Origin: an uncultured delta proteobacterium
Lineage (GTDB): Bacteria > Myxococcota_A > Polyangia > Fen-1088
Assembly (NCBI GenBank): GCA_963755125.1
Contig: CAVWIP010000012.1
Span: forward strand, 256,001 to 320,000
DNA: 64,000 bases
Direction of reading: 5' to 3'
The notes below the pieces were generated by a model that was given only the letters and a program-made list of their open reading frames with translations, did not search any database and had not been told where the DNA came from. Below are positions 19,847 through 28,793 of this stretch, one piece after another (within the stretch, counting starts at the first letter, position 1; every line of letters begins with the position of its first letter). The position numbers and the translations under genes are program-made.

Positions 19847-20779
19847 ATGGCGCGAAGTTCCGAGGTCGTGCCGTTTGGCGCGACGCCCGCTGGGGTCTTC
19901 GACATCGCCTGCCGCCTGGCCGAGAGTGGGGGCTCCCTGCCCACGGAAATCACCGAAGCGGCGCGGGCGGTGGCTGGCGAGTTGGGATCGTTTCCGCCGG
20001 ACGACGTGCGCAACGCCCTGGAGAAGCTCATCACGGCCCCGCACGCCGACGACGGTCTGCGGTGGCTGCACGAGGCAGGTGTACTGCAGCAGGTACTGCC
20101 CGAGTTGGAGGCGACGGTGAATCTCTCGCAGGAGGCAGGCCGTCGGCACAAAGACGTGTGGGAACACACCAAGCAGGTGGTCATGCAGTCGCCGGCCCAG
20201 CCCATCGTGCGCTGGGCCGCTCTGCTGCACGACATCGGTAAGGTGTCCACCCGGGTCATGCTGAGCGACGGCAAGGTCACCTTCCACCGCCACGCCGAGG
20301 TGGGGGCTCGTCTGTTCGATACTCTGGCGCGCCGCCTGGGTTTTGTCCGCGCCGAGCGCAAGCGCATCCGCTTCCTCATCGTCAACCATCTGCGCGCCAA
20401 CGCCTATGAGCCGGAATGGACCGACGCTGCCGTGCGCCGCTTCGATCGCGAGATGGGCGACGCGCTCCCCGATCTGGTCGAGTTGTCACGGGCCGACGTC
20501 ACCTCGGCGCGGCCGGGTCGGCGCGAGGAAGCCGCACGCAACATCGAGGCTCTGTTGCAACGAATCGCGGCGGTGCGCGAACTCGACGCCCGCGTGCCGC
20601 CGTTGCCACCAGGGGTGGGCAACGCCATCATGGTGGCTTTCGCTATTCCGCCGTCGCGCCGGGTGGGCGAGTTGCGCAAGCTGTGTGAAGACGCCATCGA
20701 ACGTGGCGAGCTACTCGAACGACAGCCGGTGGAGTACTACGTCGACTTCCTGAGACGCCAGGGGATCGCGCGATCATAA
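19847..20779 (+). CDS. HD-domain protein equivalent to the body/HD/tail of a CCA-adding enzyme, lacking the nucleotidyltransferase head
   Basis: VLPEL...HKDVWEHT...AALLHDIGK...TFHRHAEVGA...WTDAAVRR...LSRADVTS...GNAIM...PSRRVG; no GGxVRD/DxD/RRD motifs. Confidence 0.82.
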   Translation: MARSSEVVPFGATPAGVFDIACRLAESGGSLPTEITEAARAVAGELGSFPPDDVRNALEKLITAPHADDGLRWLHEAGVLQQVLPELEATVNLSQEAGRRHKDVWEHTKQVVMQSPAQPIVRWAALLHDIGKVSTRVMLSDGKVTFHRHAEVGARLFDTLARRLGFVRAERKRIRFLIVNHLRANAYEPEWTDAAVRRFDREMGDALPDLVELSRADVTSARPGRREEAARNIEALLQRIAAVRELDARVPPLPPGVGNAIMVAFAIPPSRRVGELRKLCEDAIERGELLERQPVEYYVDFLRRQGIARS

Positions 20780-20859
20780 GAGGGGCACGCGGGATACGAC
20801 CCAGGGTGCGCAGCAGTTCGTCTGCCATGGCCGGGCTGTGAAGAAGGAGGCTTGGCGGT

Positions 20860-22419
20860 TCAGCTGGCCTCGACGGCGCCCAGCGTGCACGCGCTGGGGC
20901 GCGGGTTGCCACGCTGATCGATGGGCGGACAGCCAGTGCCTTGACCAATGGCCGGGCTGCCCGACGCTGGAAGCATGGTCTGGGTCGGTCCACCATTGTC
21001 CTGCAGTGGACCGAGCGCGGGATCCGCTACCGTGATTGAGGAAGTACACTGCGTACCGGCGCCGGGGAACTGCAGATTGGGCCCGCTGCTGCCGTGCTGG
21101 TTTGCGCAGTTTGTCGTGCCGTCGAGCGTGCCGCGCAGGTTGTTGGCCACGATGGTGTTCTGCAGCTTGACCCCGGTGTCGCCGCCGAACAGCCCGTCGC
21201 CGGTGTTGCCCGCCACCGTGACGTTGAGAAAGGTGCCGGTCACGGCGTTGGCGAACCAGACGCCGCCCCCACCAGAAGCCGTGTTGTTCGCGATGGTGAC
21301 GTTGGTGAGGTTGGCAATGGCCGACTGGCCGATCCAGATGCCGCCGCCATAGTGGCCGGTGTTGTTCGAGATGGTCGTGCCGGTCATGTTGATGGTCACG
21401 TATTCGAGGTAGAGGCCAGCCGCGTTGCCGCTGTTCGCGTCGACCGAGTTGCCATCGAAAGTGCAGCGGTCGATGTTGACCGCTTCGTCGTGGTAGCCGA
21501 CGCGAAACACGGCGCCGCCGGCGGCATTGGCCCGGTTGCCGGTGAAGCTGTCGCCGCAGAAGGTGAGCGACACGTTGGCGCCGTCGTAGCTGAGCGCGCC
21601 TCCGTCGCCGCCGTTGCCAGGATTGCCGTCGGTCCCGGTGGCCGAGTTGTTGGCAAAGCTGGTGTTGACGATGGTGACGTTCTCGTCCTGCGTGCCCACG
21701 GCGCCGCCGTTGGAACCGGTGTTGTCCGAGAACGTGCTGCCCACGATGATGAGCGTCCCCACGCCCTGACCATTGATGGCCCCGCCCGACACGTCCTCGC
21801 CGCTGGACGCGCATTGATTGTGCGAGAAGATGGAGTTGATGACGGTGAGCGAGCCGCCGTCCTGGAAGATGGCGCCGCCGCCCTTGGCCGTGCTGCTGGT
21901 GTTGGGGACGTCGCTGGTGAAACCGTCGACGAACGACAGGTTCTGCACGGTGAGCAGCGGTGTGGCGACGTTCCATGCGCTCATGATGTGGAGGATGCGG
22001 GAGGTGCCCCCACCACTCAGCGTCACCTGGCCGGCGCCGTCGATGGTGGTGTCCTTGCCGACGGGCACCTCGGAGGTGACGTTGATGGTGACCGGCGCCG
22101 AGCCGCAGTTGAACGTGACAATGCCGCCGCTCGCGACTGCGGCCCGGAAAGCCGCCTCGGTGCAACTTGCGGCGCTGCCGTCGCCCACAACCGTCGTCGG
22201 GCTGGACGTGTCAACCGGGCTGGCCGGCACAACGCAGGTCGCGCTCGGCGGCGGGGTGCTGTGCTCTCCTCCGGTGCCGGCTGCCCCGCCCGCGGCGCCA
22301 GTCCCGCCAGTGCCACCCACATCGGTCGCTCCGCTGCCCCCGCCGCACCCGTCTGCAGCCGCGGCGACGAAAAAGATGGACAACAAGGACAACTTCACGA
22401 AACACACCCGAGTCGACAT
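20860..22419 (-). CDS. Secreted right-handed beta-helix (Pmp-like GGAI/FxxN repeats) protein with choice-of-anchor Q-like C-terminus
   Basis: GGAGG RBS, signal peptide with Cys, Gly/Thr linker, repeated GGAI/FxxN, C-terminal LGPLQDNGGPTQT...SPAI...DQRG..R...GAVE. Confidence 0.8.
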   Translation of the reverse strand: MSTRVCFVKLSLLSIFFVAAAADGCGGGSGATDVGGTGGTGAAGGAAGTGGEHSTPPPSATCVVPASPVDTSSPTTVVGDGSAASCTEAAFRAAVASGGIVTFNCGSAPVTINVTSEVPVGKDTTIDGAGQVTLSGGGTSRILHIMSAWNVATPLLTVQNLSFVDGFTSDVPNTSSTAKGGGAIFQDGGSLTVINSIFSHNQCASSGEDVSGGAINGQGVGTLIIVGSTFSDNTGSNGGAVGTQDENVTIVNTSFANNSATGTDGNPGNGGDGGALSYDGANVSLTFCGDSFTGNRANAAGGAVFRVGYHDEAVNIDRCTFDGNSVDANSGNAAGLYLEYVTINMTGTTISNNTGHYGGGIWIGQSAIANLTNVTIANNTASGGGGVWFANAVTGTFLNVTVAGNTGDGLFGGDTGVKLQNTIVANNLRGTLDGTTNCANQHGSSGPNLQFPGAGTQCTSSITVADPALGPLQDNGGPTQTMLPASGSPAIGQGTGCPPIDQRGNPRPSACTLGAVEAS

Positions 22420-22572
22420 GGCACCTCCAGTTGCATCTGACATTCGACCACCGACGACAGTTTACCCCATCACGAGCAGCAGCGACATGGTCGCGGGGCA
22501 AAGCCCCGTATTGGCTGTCGACAGAGGCTTGCGCTACACTGACGGCTGTCGATGCCAGTCGGGAGACGTAGA

Positions 22573-23319
22573 TTGACCAGCCATGGGATGCTCTGGATCT
22601 TTGTGGCGATAACCACCGTCACGGCATTTGGCTGCGGAGCGAACGACAGTGGCAAAGCTGGTTCCGGGGGCGCTCCCGCGTCGAGCGCCGGTGGAACGAC
22701 CAATCTTGGCGGCACAGCGGCTGTCGGCACGAGCAATGGCGGAAGTGTGAACACGGGTGGTGGCGGGGCAACGGGTGGGTCGACATCAGGCAGTGGCACC
22801 AGCAGCGACTGTCCGGAGGGCGTCTCGGTGATGTGTGGCATGGTGGCCGCGCACAACAGCGTTCGCGCGGCCGCGCCCAGCGCCAATCCAGCGCTACCGC
22901 CCATGACCTGGGACGCCACTTTGGCGGCCTTTGCCCAGAACTATGCCAGCACCTGTCCTGCTGGGCACAACCCCAACCGTACGGTTGAGGGGCAGACCGC
23001 GGGAGAGAACATGTATTTCACCAGTCAGCCCAATCCGGTTCCGCCTGCACAAGTCGTGCAAGGCTGGGCTTCGGAACAGGCCAACTATGTGTACCCGGCC
23101 AACACCTGCGGCGGAGTGGCCTATACCTCGGCGACTTTTAGCTGTGCGACTTGTCCGGAGTGCGGGCACTACACGCAGATCGTCTGGCGCACGACAATCA
23201 AGGTCGGTTGTGGCGTGGCCACAGCCTGCAGCGGCAGTTTTCCACAAGTCTGGGTCTGCGACTACTTGCCGGCGGGCAATGTGGTTGACCGCAGTGGCAA
23301 TCTGCAATTGCCGTATTGA
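22573..23319 (+). CDS. CAP/SCP (PR-1-like) domain lipoprotein
   Basis: Lipobox AFGC, Gly/Ser/Thr linker, AHNSVR, GENM, GHYTQIVW, VGCG, VCDY.PAGN; start uncertain (TTG 22573 or ATG 22588). Confidence 0.88.
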   Translation: MTSHGMLWIFVAITTVTAFGCGANDSGKAGSGGAPASSAGGTTNLGGTAAVGTSNGGSVNTGGGGATGGSTSGSGTSSDCPEGVSVMCGMVAAHNSVRAAAPSANPALPPMTWDATLAAFAQNYASTCPAGHNPNRTVEGQTAGENMYFTSQPNPVPPAQVVQGWASEQANYVYPANTCGGVAYTSATFSCATCPECGHYTQIVWRTTIKVGCGVATACSGSFPQVWVCDYLPAGNVVDRSGNLQLPY

Positions 23320-23329
23320 CCACGGGCTG

Positions 23330-23743
23330 CTAGTCCGCCGGCGTCTGACCAAGGATCGCGGGACGGAACTTGTAGCCGTAGACGATGGTGCCCTTGTTGC
23401 CGTCGTCGCGCAGCTTGCGCGTGACCATCTCCACCGGCATCCCGATCTCGATCTTCTCCCCTTCCACGTCGGTCAACTGCGCGGCCACCAGCGGCCCCTC
23501 GGCCAGACGCACCAAGGCCACCACATACGGCGCGAAGTGCTCGAACCCCTCGGGCGGGTGGTGCACCGTCGAGTACGAGTAGATTTCACCCTTGCCACTG
23601 AAGGTGAACGGCGTCTTGGCCGGGGCATTGCACTGCGGGCACACGTCGCGCGCCGGGAAGATCTTGACGCCGCAGTGGTTGCACACCTCGCCCACCAGCG
23701 CGTAGCGGTGTCGTTGCAATCTCCAGTGTCTGGCAATCTCCAT
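23330..23743 (-). CDS. Zn-ribbon + OB-fold protein (DUF35 family)
   Basis: CNHC...FPARDVCPQC, GEIYSYS, PYVVALVRL.EG, IVYGYKFRP. Confidence 0.88.
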   Translation of the reverse strand: MEIARHWRLQRHRYALVGEVCNHCGVKIFPARDVCPQCNAPAKTPFTFSGKGEIYSYSTVHHPPEGFEHFAPYVVALVRLAEGPLVAAQLTDVEGEKIEIGMPVEMVTRKLRDDGNKGTIVYGYKFRPAILGQTPAD

Positions 23744-23896
23744 GGAAACCCTCTTTGCTCCTCGCCGCCGTGGCTGTCAAGCGCCGCGGTCGGTTTCACG
23801 ATCTTCATATGCGGCGCTTCCAGCTTGTCAGGTGACAAGCCCCGACTTTAGCAAGTTGGAGCCGGCAACTGTGCGTGCGCCGCAGCGTAGGTGATA

Positions 23897-26361
23897 TTAT
23901 CGTTGCGTTGAAGGCAGTTCTACTGGTTGCCGTTGGCCCTGTGTGCAAGCGCAGGAGAGGCTGGGATAGAGCAGGTACTTGAGCCGCTTGGCGCGGAAGG
24001 CGTCGAGGTCGTCCTTGAAGAGCGCCTCGATCTCGGAAAGGCGGCGAGGCTCGATGATGGCAGCGGCGACGGCCGGGTCGCCCATCATCTTGTGCAACCG
24101 GGTGGCGTCCCAGTGGCCGCGAAACAGCTTGCGCAAGGCGATCGCGATCGCGATGCCGGTTCTCACCGGCTCGAAGGTCGCGCGGCTTTCGACCCGCAGC
24201 CGAATTCCCTGGCAGAGAGTGCCGGCGTACAGGTTCGCCTCGGGCGTGAAGCTCGTTGCCTCGAACGAGACACCGGCAAGTTCCGCTCCGGCAAGCTCAG
24301 CGGCCAGGCGTCGGCCGTCGATCCAGGGGGCGCCGACCACCTCGAAGGGCGTGTCGGTGCCGCGGCCGACCGAGACGTTGGTCGCTTCCAGCAGCGCGAC
24401 GCCGGGATACAGCACCGCCTCGCCGACTGTGCGCAGGTTGGGCGAAGGCGGCCACCAGATGAGCCCAGTTTCGTCGAAGTAGGCCTTTCGATCGTAACGG
24501 GGCATGCGCACGACTTCGAGGCGGAGAGAGAGGTGCTCGTCGGCGTTCATCAGCTCGGCCAGCTCACCCATGGTCATGCCGTGCCGGATCGGCAGGGGAT
24601 GGTGGTTGACCGCCGAGCGCTCGCTCGGCTTCAGCATGGGGCCGGCCACGTCGAGGCCGCCGATGGGGTTCGGTCGATCTAGGACGATGACCCGCAGCCC
24701 GCGCTCCGAGGCCGCTCTCATCGTCGCGTGCAGGGTCGAAGCATAGGTGAAGAAGCGCGCTCCCACGTCGGGCAGATCGACCACGACGGCGTCGATGTCG
24801 GGCGGCAGGGTCACCGGTCGTGGCCCGGCCGCGGCTTTGCTGTGCGGCCCGCGCGCTCCGCCGTAGAGACTGAACACCGGAAGGTGGGTTTTGGCGTCGA
24901 TGCCGTCGTCGATGAGTTCGTCACGGTTTGCCGCGAGGCCGTGCTCGGGGCTGAGCAGCGCCACCAGCGCGAGATCGCGACGGGCGGCGAGCACGTCGGT
25001 GGTGCGGGCGCCATCGCGGGTGCGGGCCGCGTCGTTGGTGAGCAGGGCGAAGCGCAGGCCGCGCAGGCGGGCGAAGTCCTCGGCAGCGAGCGCGTCGATG
25101 CCCACGGCCAGCGGCCCTTCGGTGAGCCGGGCATCGGTCCCCGCAGGCCGTCCCAGCATCGATCCCGCGAGAGTTCCGATCGCACCGGCGAGCGCGTTGA
25201 TCGAGCCTTTTCCGTCGGGGTGCACGCGATTGCTGAGAAAGAGCACGAACAGGTCTTGCTCGGGATCGATCCACAGCGACGTGCCGGTATAGCCTCCGTG
25301 CCCGACCGCCCGCCGCAGAGAGAATCCCCGCGGTTGGCCGAATACGTGCTGTGCATGTCCCAGCCGAGCGCGCGAATGCCCCCTGGCACATCGTGCACGG
25401 CCAGCATTTTCGCGGTCGCGCTGGCCGAGAGAACCCGAGTGCCGTCGAGCGTCCCGGAGCCGAGCAACATGCGTGCGTACCTGGCGAGATCCTTGGCGGT
25501 CGAGAAAAGGCCGGCGTTTCCCGCCACACCACCCAGGCGAAAAGCCCGCGGATCGTGAACCTCGCCGCGAATCCACTCGCCCTTGCGCATCTCGGTCGGG
25601 GCGATACGCACCTGGTCTGTTGCCGGCAGCAAGAAGCCGGTCTCGGTCATGCCGAGCGGCCGAAAGATGGCGGCAGCCGCGAAACTGGCGAGATCGGTGC
25701 TGGTGACCCGCCGGATCACTTCTTCGAGCACGAGGTAGCCGACGTCCGAGTAGATGAATCTGGCGCCTGGGGCAGCCTTGAGCGAAAGGGCGGCGATGCG
25801 GCGGATGGCCTCGGCGCGTCCGTGTTGGTAGTCGTCAATCGGCGTTTCGGCCGGCAGGCCAGAGACGTGCACGAGGAGCTGGCGAAGCGTGATGGCGGCC
25901 TTGCCATGCGCTGCGAACTCGGGAACGTAGTGGGAAGCCCGGTCGTCGAGGTCGACCTTGCCCTGGTCGGCCAGAACCATGAGCGAGGTGGCGGTCGCGA
26001 TGGGCTTGGTCAGCGAGGCGAGATCGAAGATCGTGTCTTCGGCCATCGGCTCCTTGTCGGGTAGAAGGGCGCGAAAACCGAACGCGCGTGCGTAGACGAT
26101 GCCGCTCGTGCGGCCGATGACGACGACGCAGCCAGGAAGCTTTCTCTGGGCAAGCGCATCGGTCACCAGGCGGTCGATGCCTTCGCGCAAGACCGCGGGC
26201 GCGTGGACTTCGACGTTGCCGACCGGGAGCGCATCGGCCCCGGAATCCGCCGCCTCGACCGGGGCCGCGTCGTCCGCCGCCAGGGCGAGCCCACATACGA
26301 GCAACACCAGGCGCGCGCGAACCAGGTGCAAGGATGGCGGCTTTGCGCTCGTCGGGATCAT
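23897..26361 (-). pseudogene. Serine hydrolase (beta-lactamase/AmiE-like) fused to exo-beta-N-acetylmuramidase NamZ (DUF1343), split by a frameshift near 25320
   Basis: N-part: FDLASLTK (SxxK), YSD, GEVHD, GLFST. After the frame change: GHGGYTGTSLWIDP, then SPEHG, DVGARFFTY, LDRPNP, RHGMTMGE, PPSPN, SVGRGT. Confidence 0.85.
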
Positions 26362-26397
26362 TCTCGGAAAATAACACTCCGCCGACGCTTCAGTCCG

Positions 26398-27411
26398 TCA
26401 TCGCGTGCCCGACGCCGGGGAACCGGCAGAGCTTTCCTTGTCCAGGGCGGAAAGCTTCCTGCCCAATTCATCGAGGAGCGACTGGCACTCGTCGGCCGGT
26501 TGGTCCACGGCACCCCACAGCCAGCGCCCCTTCCATTGCAGCGTCACCTCGCCGTTGAGCGGATCCTTCAGGGTCGCGGTTCCCTCGGAGCCGGCCGAAT
26601 CGGTTGCCACCGCAGGCGACTTTGCGACGGCGCGATAGCGCTGCACCATCGCGCGGACGTCTGCGCTGTCCTTGCCCTCGACGACAAACAAACGAAAATT
26701 CGCCTCGCCGATCTGGTAGGGAACCGCGACCGCGTCGTGCAGGAATGGGTGACCGAGGAAGTCGCGCGCCATCAATTTCTCGGCGCGGGCGCGCTTGCCT
26801 CGCTCGGGAAAGCACTTGAGCACGGCCGGGGGCTCGCGCGTGCCGGCCAGGTCGGCTACCACTTTCTCCGCGAACCGGCGCAGGAAGGACGGCTGCCTGG
26901 CGCCCGACTGAACCAACTTCACGTAGTAGGGACCCACGACAAACTCCAAATAATCCGGCCCGGCGTAGGCCTCGACGCCGATGGGCAGGGGCGTGGTGCC
27001 GGCCGGCCGCTCCTGCGTGTACATCCCGAACGCGCGGAATGCGTCCCGGTGGCGGTAGATGTCCACCGTGATCTCCGCCTTGGACGCCGCCGTGCTGTCA
27101 CGGTCATGGGAAGCGCGCGACGACGCACGATTCTTGGCGTGGGCAGCGCCGTCGTTCGCGTAGGTCGCGGACGCGAGATCCTGGAAGTCAAATTGCAGGA
27201 ACGACTCGGCGCCGCCGTCGATGTACTCGAAGAGTGTCTCGGGCGTGTATCGGGTGGGGCCGTCGGAGATCTTCCAGCCTTCGACTTTGGGAAAGAGCGA
27301 CGATGTCTCGGAAACAGCGGCCGTCGCGGCCTGGAAATCACCGCTGGCTGGTGCGGAAAACACGAAGAACGCCGCGAGCGCGCCCCGCGCGGCCAGCGGG
27401 CTTCCCCTCAT
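26398..27411 (-). CDS. Secreted DUF6599-like protein
   Basis: Signal peptide, LFEYIDGGAE, VDIY...AFGMY..ER, FLGH.FL; ATGA overlap with the upstream reductase. Confidence 0.65.
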   Translation of the reverse strand: MRGSPLAARGALAAFFVFSAPASGDFQAATAAVSETSSLFPKVEGWKISDGPTRYTPETLFEYIDGGAESFLQFDFQDLASATYANDGAAHAKNRASSRASHDRDSTAASKAEITVDIYRHRDAFRAFGMYTQERPAGTTPLPIGVEAYAGPDYLEFVVGPYYVKLVQSGARQPSFLRRFAEKVVADLAGTREPPAVLKCFPERGKRARAEKLMARDFLGHPFLHDAVAVPYQIGEANFRLFVVEGKDSADVRAMVQRYRAVAKSPAVATDSAGSEGTATLKDPLNGEVTLQWKGRWLWGAVDQPADECQSLLDELGRKLSALDKESSAGSPASGTR

Positions 27412-28682
27412 ATGAGAAATTCCCGCGGCACCTCGCGCAGTCGCACGATGTCGCGCACGCGCTGGCGCACGTCGAATCCTTTTGCGCAGCGGACCGGGCA
27501 CGCACCACAGTCACCGCAGGGAGATTCCGGTAGATCGAGTTCGAGCAGCAGCGCCTGTGCGGCCTGGCGGTTGCGGTAGGCGTGGGCGTACATGAACGAG
27601 CGCATCAGCTCGGGAATCGGTAGTTTCTCCAGGCAAGGATCCAGGCACTGGTCGCAGCCCTGACAGAAGAAACCGACCAGCTTAGGCGCCTCCAGGCTGC
27701 GCTTGTCGTCGTCGGTGAGCGTGGAATCGCGCAGAACTTCCAGGTCAGCCTGCAGTTGATCCAACGTCGTGAAGCCCGGAATCGCGGTGTGCACGTTGGG
27801 GTCGCGCAACGCCCACTTCAGCGCGGCCTTCATGTTGATGGGGGACTGCTTCTCCTTGTCCCAGTAGACGCCCGCTTGCGTCTTCATGGCCACGATGCCC
27901 AGGCCCGCCTGCGCCGCTTCGCCAACCGCCTTCTGCACTTCGAGGTGATGGTCCTGCCGGAAGTTGTACGAGGTCAGCACCACGTCGTACAGCTTGGCCT
28001 CCACCGCCGCCCGGATCACCTCGGGCTCGTTTTTGTGGGTCGAACAGCCGAAAAAGCGCGCCTTGCCGTCGCGCTTGGCCTTCTCCAGCGCTTTGAGGAC
28101 CGGTTCATAAAGCACGCTCTCGCGCGCCGACTGGTTGTGCAGGTGAAGAATGTCGACGTGATCGAGCCCAAGGCGTTTGAGGCTGATGTCCAGCTTCTCG
28201 CCGATCTCCTCGCCGCGCGTCTCCTTCGAGAACAGCCCGGTCCTGCGATCCAGGGTGCTGAGGTGGACCTTGGTGGCGATGACGAAGGAGTCGCGCTTGC
28301 GATCCTTGAGCACCGTGCCGAGCATCTCCTCGTTGCGACCTTCCTGATAGCCGTGCGCGGTGTCGAGCAGGAAGATGCCGCCGTCCAGCGCCGCGCGAAC
28401 CAGGTTGGGGTTGTCGGCGTTCATCACGCCCATGCTGACGATCGGGACCTCGATGCCGGTCCGGCCGAGCACGCGGCGGGGCGGCCCGGCGGTCTTGGCA
28501 ACCGGCGCGGCCGGCTCGGCTGTGGGCGCGGGCTTGGGCGGCGCCGCTGTCTCGGCCGACAAGTTCTGCTTCTCCTGAGTCGACGCCGCCGTCGCGCAGC
28601 CGGCGGACAGCACACCTGCCGCCAAACCGCCCGCGCCGAGCTTGAGGAAATCCCTTCGTTCCAGCTTGTTCGTATTGTTCAT
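27408..28682 (-). CDS. Tat-exported aldo/keto reductase with C-terminal 4Fe-4S dicluster domain
   Basis: ERRDFLK Tat motif, LSAGC lipobox, RVLGRTG, DTAHGY, IATK, SLKRLGLDHVD; CQGCDQCLDPC and CGDCGACPVRC. Confidence 0.88.
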   Translation of the reverse strand: MNNTNKLERRDFLKLGAGGLAAGVLSAGCATAASTQEKQNLSAETAAPPKPAPTAEPAAPVAKTAGPPRRVLGRTGIEVPIVSMGVMNADNPNLVRAALDGGIFLLDTAHGYQEGRNEEMLGTVLKDRKRDSFVIATKVHLSTLDRRTGLFSKETRGEEIGEKLDISLKRLGLDHVDILHLHNQSARESVLYEPVLKALEKAKRDGKARFFGCSTHKNEPEVIRAAVEAKLYDVVLTSYNFRQDHHLEVQKAVGEAAQAGLGIVAMKTQAGVYWDKEKQSPINMKAALKWALRDPNVHTAIPGFTTLDQLQADLEVLRDSTLTDDDKRSLEAPKLVGFFCQGCDQCLDPCLEKLPIPELMRSFMYAHAYRNRQAAQALLLELDLPESPCGDCGACPVRCAKGFDVRQRVRDIVRLREVPREFLI

Positions 28683-28793
28683 GACTTGAAGACGCTGATT
28701 ATACTCCCGAGTGCGCTTGTCGGTACCTGGGCGGAGCGGGTTGCTGCTGGGGTGCAAATGGCGCCTGGCAACTCGGAACTTCTAGTGGGTCAA

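Noticed and set aside
21094..22440. Long antisense ORFs, here and at 26203-27579, 41490-43109, 43571-44992, 49745-50956, 50988-52397 and 54392-56170
   Set aside because: Expected stop-poor mirror frames of high-GC genes; no recognisable motifs.
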